From a virus (lineage: Duplodnaviria; Caudoviricetes), in the IMG/VR virus record IMGVR_UViG_3300031760_000034, positions 10,980 to 74,979 of that record: DNA of 64,000 nucleotides, one strand, 5' to 3'. The notes under the pieces were generated by a model that saw only the letters and a program-made list of their open reading frames with translations, was not told the DNA's origin and did no database searches. Positions within the stretch are counted from its first letter, which is position 1, and every line of letters starts with the position of its first letter. The position numbers and the translations under genes are program-made. This document shows positions 56,068 to 64,000 of this stretch, in pieces.

Positions 56068-56820
56068 TCACTTATTTTTTGTCTCGTTTATGATTGTAAG
56101 CTTCAAGTCTTGATTCTTCTTACTATCCAAATATGCGATTGCATCAGCAAGGCTGTCAGCAAACATATCAGTACCGTAGAAGTAATGTGTCTTATCTTTC
56201 CTAATTACACCCTTAGCAATAGCCTGCTCAAGCAAGAATTCCGTATCCTTAGCTTTATTATTTACCCACTTATCAAAGAACTTCTTTGGGTTCTTATCTA
56301 CCATATTAAACAAAGTGGATTCAACAAGCTCATTGGACATACGATCAGCAGACATGCCAAACAAACGCAGACACTGACGCATTTGGTCAAGTGAAAGATT
56401 ATCAAACTCCTTAATAGCGTCTCTACGAAGTTTGTTCTGCTTATTCTGCTCAATAGCTTCTGCCTCACGGTTAATCAGTAAGTAATCTTTGCCTGCATCA
56501 AGTTTATCAAGTGAAGTAGCCACTCTTTTATGACCACTAAGGAACTTAATCATCATAGCTTGACGAGGGATAGAATCATCGAGGAGCATTGTGCGGGCAC
56601 CTACTTTTATACAAAACGTTGTCCAAAAGTCAGATGACTTTGCAAGATGACCCTCTTCATAACCTAAAGCTTTCTCAAAATATTTCTCATCTTCTGGGGT
56701 GAGACCCGTATAAATCGACCCGGAGCGTGTGAAGTAAGGAGCAATATAATCAAAACAGTTTCTGTACTTTATAAAATTACCCCAGGGATTCTTCTTCTTA
56801 ATTTTTAATTCAACTACCAT
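56068..56820 (-). CDS. Conserved crAss-like protein downstream of the major capsid gene
   Basis: 250 aa, intact, no TAG. Confidence 0.8.
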   Translation of the reverse strand: MVVELKIKKKNPWGNFIKYRNCFDYIAPYFTRSGSIYTGLTPEDEKYFEKALGYEEGHLAKSSDFWTTFCIKVGARTMLLDDSIPRQAMMIKFLSGHKRVATSLDKLDAGKDYLLINREAEAIEQNKQNKLRRDAIKEFDNLSLDQMRQCLRLFGMSADRMSNELVESTLFNMVDKNPKKFFDKWVNNKAKDTEFLLEQAIAKGVIRKDKTHYFYGTDMFADSLADAIAYLDSKKNQDLKLTIINETKNK

Positions 56821-56839
56821 AATTTACATTAGTTGTTGA

Positions 56840-56876
56840 GTATCGAACAGGGGGTCTTTCGACCCCCGTCGAATAC
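56840..56876 (-). other. Strong GAAA-capped hairpin after the capsid gene, without a U-tract
   Basis: Minus strand GTATTCGAC-GGGGGTC-GAAA-GACCCCC-TGTTCGATAC. Confidence 0.6.
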
Positions 56877-56892
56877 TTATAGTTTATTAATA

Positions 56893-58416
56893 TCACGCAC
56901 CGATGGCGAATGCACCCTCATTAGAGATTTCTGTATCCTCTGCATCGCAGTACAGAATACCACAAGACAGCGGGTTACGAACCATAATACCAACCTCACC
57001 GAGGAAGTGTACCTGGTAACCATCACGGCTGTTAGAACGCAGCGTATTGATGCTGTTAGCGTAACCGTTAGGAGCTACAGAACCACCAGTATACCACTGA
57101 ACGAACTCACGACCCTTACGACATACCTTAACGATATTAGCCTGACCGTCGAAGTTGCTGATGTTTACGAACAGGAATGTGTAAGACATCAGTGGTTTAC
57201 CAGTCAGCGGATGCAGCTGACGGAAGAGCTCCATGTTATCAAACATAGGACAGCGCTTCATTGACAGCGTAATACCGTTGGTCATGTTATAAGTAGTGAA
57301 CTGACCACCCAGAGTCAGGTTCTGACCAGAACCGCTAACAAAGATGTTGTCAGTCAGGTTGAAGCTAGCTACCTTCTCCTTCAGGATACGGTCGAACTCG
57401 CGAATACCCATCTCACCAGTCAGAGCAACGAAACGACGCTCGTTAGTACCCAGAACATTGTAGCAGAGGTCAAACAGATAATCCTCGAACAACTCAGCTG
57501 TAAGAGTTGTGTAGTAACGGATGTTAGCCGGAGAAATCTGCTCGAACAGACCACTCATCGTGGGAACAGGACGACCATTCGTACCCTTGTTGATGTATGT
57601 ACCATCAGCCAGACGGTTGCTCTTAGCGAACAGGAGAGCAGTCTCCTCACGCTTCTTCCACTCACGGAGAGCCTTCCAGTACTGATAATCAGACCACAGA
57701 TAAGACTTCTTACCGGTCTCGGGATCGGTCAAAGCGATCGTCAGAACGGTGCTGTAAGCATCACCAGTAATATCGTAAGTCAAACGAAGATTCTGGAGGT
57801 GGTTACGCATCTTAAACGGAGTCTGATAGTTGATGATATCAGCCTCATCGCTGTACTCCTCGTAAGCAGAACCGATACGGCTTACCTGACGACCAGGAAG
57901 CAGGAACTCACCAGGAATGTATGAAGCCTGTGAACCATCTACTACATAGCACTCGTATACCCACTCGTTACCATCCTGATAAGGAAGACCGGTTGTACGA
58001 ACCTGGAAGTGGAAATCGTCGAAGCTAAGAATAGCACCAGGACCAAACCAACGCTCCTCAAGAGCAAGGTAAATAGTGCTGTTGTTCAGACCAGGAGTGA
58101 TTGTGTTATAGTTGCTAGTGGTGATCTCCTGACCATTCCACTTAGCCCAGCGAATGTTAACAGCGTGATCGCCATCAACTTGTACTGCCCACTCGAACTC
58201 GCGGTTCTCGATGATCATAGTCTTACCCAGACCGCCAGTGATCAGGTCGATAGTAGTTGAAATACCATCATCCTTTGTACCGAAAATCAGTGAAAGCAAA
58301 CCTGATACCTTGTGAGGCTCGGTCAGCAGTGCATTAGAAATCATGTTCTCATCTACCAAGTCGCTAAAACGCTTACCGCGATACAACTGGAGATTATTAA
58401 GTAAAGTATTATTCAT
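56893..58416 (-). CDS. Major capsid protein (HK97 fold, crAss type)
   Basis: 507 aa, 'IENREFEW', 'FKMRNHL', 'PTMSGLFEQI', 'FVALTGEMG', 'FLGEVGI'. Strong codon bias, no TAG. Confidence 0.92.
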   Translation of the reverse strand: MNNTLLNNLQLYRGKRFSDLVDENMISNALLTEPHKVSGLLSLIFGTKDDGISTTIDLITGGLGKTMIIENREFEWAVQVDGDHAVNIRWAKWNGQEITTSNYNTITPGLNNSTIYLALEERWFGPGAILSFDDFHFQVRTTGLPYQDGNEWVYECYVVDGSQASYIPGEFLLPGRQVSRIGSAYEEYSDEADIINYQTPFKMRNHLQNLRLTYDITGDAYSTVLTIALTDPETGKKSYLWSDYQYWKALREWKKREETALLFAKSNRLADGTYINKGTNGRPVPTMSGLFEQISPANIRYYTTLTAELFEDYLFDLCYNVLGTNERRFVALTGEMGIREFDRILKEKVASFNLTDNIFVSGSGQNLTLGGQFTTYNMTNGITLSMKRCPMFDNMELFRQLHPLTGKPLMSYTFLFVNISNFDGQANIVKVCRKGREFVQWYTGGSVAPNGYANSINTLRSNSRDGYQVHFLGEVGIMVRNPLSCGILYCDAEDTEISNEGAFAIGA

Positions 58417-58440
58417 ATATGTTTAAATCTTTATTAAACG

Positions 58441-59610
58441 TCAGAACAACCCATTGAGCAGGTCTGTTGCTGACTTTTGTTTTTCGTCGGCATTAAACGT
58501 GCTATGATTCTTAGCACTGTGCCTCAGCATATTCCTAAGTTTATCAGCAGCGGATGACTCTCCAGTCTTCTTGGCAGTTGAAATAAGACTATCAGCCTTC
58601 ATTGTAAAGTATGCCGATTCGATCAGGTTCTTTGACAGATTTTTGTTAAAGTCTTTTGTATATTGAGACTGTCCGTTCTGATCTACCTTGAAGATATAAT
58701 CAAACAAAGCTCTACGATCTTCTTTAGGTACTGCAATACCGCGTATGTTAGTAAGACTATTGATGTCTTTAGTTACGGTATCAAAGAAGGCTTTTGATTG
58801 CTCTTCTTGTTGTCTTGCAGCTTCCTCTTGCTGACGTGCAGCTTCTTCTACTTCTTGCTGTCTAATCTACTTCAATCTGTCAAGTGCATCCTCCGCTTCA
58901 TCATACAGTACATCGCTATCCTCATATCTAGTTATCTTCTTATTTATTTGTTCGTCTGAATAGCCTGCACGCTGCATGAATTCACGTACTACTGCTTTTT
59001 GATTTGTCTCGTCTTCGAGATCAATGTTGTCTAAAGATAAAGCTTCTTGCTGTTTACGATAGTAATCTTCGAACTTGCCTCCGTTTCTTACATACTCGTC
59101 GAGCGCCTGTATACGATCGTCCGCGTACTCAGGCTTAGAGTTCTGTTCTACTACATCACTGAAATACTTAGTAAGCTCGTCTACAGTAACAGGCTTATCT
59201 TTATCATCAATCTCGTCCATGTTCCAACCAAGAGAATTACCAATAGCCTCAAACAAGAGATTTACTTGCTGGGCTTCGATAACATCAGCTTCTGTAGGAT
59301 CCTCTGTAGTCTCTTCATGTTGTTCAGGATCCTCTACAGGAGGTACTTCTGTTGGTGGTACTTGGTTATCGATATGCTCAGGGATTTCTGTAGTATCCTC
59401 ATGAGCGTTTGGATCATCTGATCCGCTGTTCTTGCCGTCCTCAGGATTATTCACTGGCGGCTCATTCTTAATAAGTTCTTCTACGTCTGGTTGATCTTCC
59501 TGTATCATATGGTCAATATCGGTAATACCGCCTCCTTCTTCTGGGTTATTATAACCAATATTACCAAGCAGGTCATCAAAGCCAGTCGGAATGTTATTCT
59601 TTTTCTTCAT
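58441..59610 (-). CDS. Capsid scaffolding-like acidic protein (389 aa with TAG=Gln)
   Basis: Very acidic N-half, coiled-coil C-half, immediately upstream of the MCP; one TAG at 58867. Confidence 0.75.
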
Positions 59611-59663
59611 ATAATATTATATGTTGTTAATTTGTTACAGTTTATTCTGTTATTTGTTTTGTA

Positions 59664-60458
59664 TTAAGCAAAAGCAGTACCTTGCCTCGGCCTAATTTGT
59701 GTACTAGCTATATTTTTAAGAGCCCATCGAAAAGCATCTTCGATCTACGGATTCCATCCACTAGTGTTTGCTTCGCTACTATTCAATCTAGAATAGTGAA
59801 ACTTTGCTTCTTTTGATGACATTTTATCAACAGCATCGTCAAGCTTCTTTCCAGTTGCTCCAGTCTATATATTTAGATTGCCTCGAGCTTCTCTAATTCT
59901 AGCAGCTCTCTCATTATCGTCGATTGCGTCAGGTATAGCAAGCCTCAAATACTTCGATTCTTCATCTGTATACTTACCTCCAAATAGCGTGTCTCTAAAT
60001 AGATGATGAGATTCATGGAATATATTACTCTTTATCCTATCCTCAAGATTAAAATCTGGGCCATCTGGACGCATACGTCTAGGGTATATAGTAATCCCTC
60101 TGCCGTAGCCATCGTCTTCTCCATGTCTATACAATCCAAGGGTACTACCTCTACTAGAATCAGATGCTACATACGGAGTGTTGTTATATACGTTCATCAC
60201 CTACTCTTTTGTTATTTCAGGATGAAGCTTTTTAGCTACATACACATAATCGTCAACATTAAAAGCAGCGGTTTGTTGCTTTAATTTATTTACTGTAGAC
60301 TAATACGTGTCGCTTACTATAGGAGCATATTCTTCAGTAATATTATTTTCAACTCCACCTGTACCTTCTGCAAACTTTGGCAGTCCTGCGTCATAAGGCA
60401 TCTTGCCGTTTTTATAGGCGTTAAACCTAGCTCTAAATTCAGTAGGGTCTCTTCTCAT
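59664..60458 (-). CDS. Putative zincin metallopeptidase with a basic leader (264 aa with TAG=Gln)
   Basis: 'MRRDPTEFRARFNAYKNGKMPYDAGLPKFAEG' leader; HESHH (60003-60017) followed by 'DNERAARIRE'. Confidence 0.65.
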
Positions 60459-60724
60459 ATCTCTTCCTCCTTATGTATTGGGTTACCGTTAGAGTCGTAC
60501 TTCTAAGTAAACTGAGATAACGCTACTAAACCAGTAGAGAAACCAATTATATAAGGAGTAGTGGCATTCCACCAAGTAGGCATTATGAATCCATATTCAG
60601 CCTGCTCAGTATTTACAGCTATAGCAACTGCACTTATTGCGCCAGCTATGTACTGTACTTTACGAAAGACTGCTGGAGTCTTGGCCTTAAATCTAGCTAT
60701 AGCTTGTTTAATCCATTTAAGCAT
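60455..60724 (-). CDS. Small membrane (holin-like) protein (89 aa with TAG=Gln)
   Basis: Two hydrophobic segments. Read-through yields a TGA forming an ATGA overlap with the next gene. Confidence 0.65.
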
Positions 60725-60881
60725 TTTTATATCCGTCTATTCTATTACTAAGTAGATTAGCAACGACGTTGGTCATGAAATCATTTCCTTCGTCGTGCTA
60801 AACTAATCTTAGTATAAGTTTTAATAATTGATTGTTCTCTCTAGTAAGCTATAGAAGTTCTTGTTCTTCAGCGTACGTCAT
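60717..60881 (-). CDS. Small hypothetical protein (54 aa with TAG=Gln; not in the track)
   Basis: MTYAEEQELLQLTRENNQLLKLILRLVQHDEGNDFMTNVVANLLSNRIDGYKNA. ATGA overlap with the portal stop; fills the gap exactly. Confidence 0.65.
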
Positions 60882-63364
60882 TTCTCACCAGATACTTTAT
60901 TACGAATAGCTGCGCGAGCCTTTACACGTTCACGTTCGAGAGCCGCGTCATCTTTCTGCTTCTGCAACTCCATCTCATGCTTCATACGCTGTTTTTCGAG
61001 ATCAATCTTCTTATCTTCAATCTCCTTCTTCTAGCGCGCTTCGTAACGTTTAGTATATTCATCTGATGCAATCTTACGCTGCTGTGTAGCATCCTTAGCA
61101 ATCTCCATAGGATCAGGTATACCATTGTTATTAGCATCCTTCTCTTCTGTACCGCGATATGCACTAATCTCAGCTACTGCAATCTTAGTCTGGTTATCAG
61201 CATCAATCTTGTAACGCTCAAGCTCCATCTTAGCTTCCTCAAGCATAAGCTCTTGTTCACGTTGTTCGTTCTGCATTTGCTGCAGTTGCATAGCTTGTTG
61301 CTGTTCAGCTTCTTGAGCTTGTTGTTGCATCTGTTCCTGACGCTCTTGCATCTCCTTAAGCTTCTGTTTAATGATGTTGAAGTTATCGTTTGTAAGTACC
61401 TCAGCGGCCTCTAAGAGGCTGGCTCCATTCTGCATAGCCGGCTGAATAAGCTGCTGCAACTTCTAAATGTTCTCCATATCTTTAGAAGTGTCGCTTACAA
61501 ACACATCCATATCTTCGTAGAAGAACTTATCTTGTATATCTATATAAGCTCTTTCTCCGTTGTCGAAGATATAGCTAAGCTTCTTCTTACCTGTCTATTG
61601 CCAAGCACCTTTAGCTGTGTCTAACAGCATATTTAATGCGTGACGTTTGCATTGATTGTGTACCCAGAATAAAGGCTCTGTAATATGTGATGATTGTACA
61701 ACAGAACGTTCTACATTTCCTACAAGTTCATTAGTACTAATAGCGCCTTCACGTTGTTCTGTAATACCAGATATAGTACCAGCAAGTTGTTCAATCTTAT
61801 CCATAAGCTGAATATACTCAGCTATTACGTTCGACATAGTAAGATCGAGAGCAGTGATTTGATTAAACGTAGCAGGCTTTCCGCCTTCTCTACCTGGTAC
61901 ATTCCAACCTTCTTCATACGGGTTAATAAAGTTTACACCTACAGAAGATAGATAATGCATCCATCTCTCAGGAGTAATATTCATAGACTTAGGTATCTGT
62001 GTGATATCCATATTCACAACCTTACCTTTATCTCTAGCAATAGCCATCTCAAGTCTATACCATAATACAATATACATATATTGTAGTGGTCTAAGTATAC
62101 TTACCAGACTACGAGGTTTACTATTTCTATTACTGTATATAGCTCCTGTATATGGAAGTTTCTGACTATTAGGATTGTCTATACTTACGTGCTGATACTC
62201 TATTGGTTGTATACCAAAGTATAAATCTGTACCAGCTCTATAGCCTTCCCACACTTCCACTATCCAGTCTGGAGTAACATCAAGTTCCATGCCAGTCTTC
62301 TTATATGTTTCGTCAGCTATCTCAACTTGTGGAGTGCCTGTCTCATCCATATAAGTAACATAGTATATCTTCTTAAATGACTTCCAGCAACAGTGATATA
62401 CATTAATAGAACTACGGGATTTCCAATCCATCATAGGATTGTCGTATATGTGCATCTGTATGCCACCACCGAAATCATCTACAGGTCCTCTATCTCCAAG
62501 ATCATTAGAAGGACGACCTGTAAGCATTTCTGTAAGCTTATTTAAATCTTTCTCCTCAAGCTTATTATAATATCTATCATATAAAGTAGCGAGAGGAAGT
62601 TTCATTCGTCTGCAGCACCAACTAGCATCTTCTACGAACTCCAAGTCAGGTGCTTCTTCGAATGAGAACTCTACTGGGTTTACACACTCCATATAAGGCT
62701 CATCGTTAAGTACTCCTATATAGTAGTATTCTCTACCTGCAATAAGAGCATCTTTCCAGCCTTTGATAAATTCATTATCTAAACCAAGCTTCTCTCTTAG
62801 ATATGTGAGTGTGTGATATGCGGTATTTTCTATAACGTCTTTATAATCCTTAGACATATATTTAGCAATAGCCTCTGGAGGCATTATCTCTCCGGACTAC
62901 AACTATTGTTGGAACTGAGCAGCTTCTTCTTCGCTCATCTTAGATGTTATTGATGCCATTATATAGTTCATCAACATCTCTTTCTCAGTATCCATAAGTT
63001 CTGATGTGGCTTCTTGTGACGTTCTCACTACTCGGAAGTTCATCGGCCTCTTTGTCTCTTCACCTATAAGGAGGTCTACCTTAGGCCTAATTATATTGAA
63101 GTCTTGCGGAGTAGCTGGGAAACCGTCATCAACTTTAAATGGATTCGTAATCCTTTTGAAGTCTTTTTCATCAAATATTGAATTATAAAGGTTATAATAG
63201 CTCTATACTTCTCCAAATCTGGTATTTGCACCGCCAGAAGTAATGTTACCCTCTCCAATAATATAGTTAACACAATCGTGCTACCACTTCTCGTCCTTCT
63301 TTTTTAAAGGAAGTTTCTATTGAGGGAAACTTGAATTGTATAAATTATCTTCTATTCTAACCAT
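60878..63364 (-). CDS. Portal protein (828 aa with TAG=Gln)
   Basis: 'FPQQKLP...KWQHDCVNY', 'FNIIRPKVDLLIGEE', 'WIVEVWEG', 'GITEQREG', Gln-rich C-terminal coiled coil. Confidence 0.92.
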
Positions 63365-63378
63365 TGTGTTAACTTATA

Positions 63379-64000
63379 TTAAGATTCTACATAATCTACT
63401 ACAGTCCAACCTGCTTGTATACCATTATTACCCTGAAGCCAATCATTTTTTAATGGGGACTTATAGAATGTACCTGTATCGGCACCAGCATTTTTTACCC
63501 AATCTGTTGTGCCGCCAGTACTTGATGTTAACAAACAAGTAATCTCATTAAGATTACCATTTCCTTTGAACATTTCTTTATAACAATCTGTTGCAGCTGT
63601 ATTACATTTTAGTATTGGAGATTTTGTCATTTTAGGCGTTGTTATCCTAGAATTTCTATCCATAAGGAACATACGCATACAACAATGTTGAGATAATGTT
63701 GTGAAGTTGATTTCAATTGGTTCTTCAAGATTTATGCAGCCTTCAAACATAGAAGAGCAACATTCTGTGCCTGTAGGTGTTGTTGCTAACATCTGTGGGC
63801 CATGCTGTAAATCAGTAGCACCTCTGAACATGCCATTGTAAGAACTACTGTATAATGTTAAAGCAGGAAGAATCAAATTACTTGCATCAACAAGATATGT
63901 TGTTCTAAATAATCCAGCACAGTGATGAGTTGTACTACTATTGAATTCGTAATTTGTCTTGAAGTCATCTCCATTCAATAATGACATTATATTACCATAT
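63379..64000 (-). CDS. BspA/leucine-rich-repeat-like putative receptor-binding protein, N-terminus outside the window
   Basis: 'YGNIMSLL' and repeats of 'L(I)LPA.TL...Y..MF.G(C/A)'. The frame stays open to the window edge. Confidence 0.7.
   Translation of the reverse strand, partial: YGNIMSLLNGDDFKTNYEFNSSTTHHCAGLFRTTYLVDASNLILPALTLYSSSYNGMFRGATDLQHGPQMLATTPTGTECCSSMFEGCINLEEPIEINFTTLSQHCCMRMFLMDRNSRITTPKMTKSPILKCNTAATDCYKEMFKGNGNLNEITCLLTSSTGGTTDWVKNAGADTGTFYKSPLKNDWLQGNNGIQAGWTVVDYVES

Noticed and set aside
19065-63364. Minus-strand ORF fragments as pseudogenes, frameshifts or sequencing errors
   Set aside because: Fragments stay in one frame per gene, all breaks are TAG, and read-through restores tight gene junctions and family motifs.
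1-64000. CRISPR array, transposase, integrase, intein or homing endonuclease
   Set aside because: No regularly spaced repeats and no recognisable motifs. PolB, helicase, primase, portal and MCP have ordinary lengths.

Overview
This is a 64-kb segment of a crAss-like bacteriophage (Crassvirales, Bacteroidota host). The Suoliviridae/delta group is my inference from the family-B polymerase, TAG recoding and gene order. Two convergent arms meet at about 19.0 kb. The + strand arm (1-19008) carries early and replication genes that read cleanly in the standard code: an ECF-like sigma factor, PolB, DnaB-like helicase, AAA ATPase, SSB, a HicA-like protein, primase and two PD-(D/E)xK nucleases. The - strand arm (19065-64000) looks fragmented in the supplied ORF track. 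Every break I checked is an in-frame TAG; reading TAG as Gln (code 15) restores about 25 tightly abutting late genes. These include a 5285-aa virion RNA polymerase polyprotein, a 1881-aa cargo protein, muzzle and ring tail proteins, holin/spanin-like genes, capsid, scaffold and portal. No suppressor tRNA lies in the window. The least explained DNA is on the early arm: a roughly 2-kb, almost non-coding island packed with hairpins and pseudoknots (about 3575-5545), four tRNA-like elements with intact acceptor/T-arms but non-canonical cores placed between gene modules (one directly before a lone HicA-like gene), and pseudoknotted leaders before the sigma-factor gene and the 1617 gene. All folds were worked out by eye and all product calls come from motif recognition; no database search or folding software was run.
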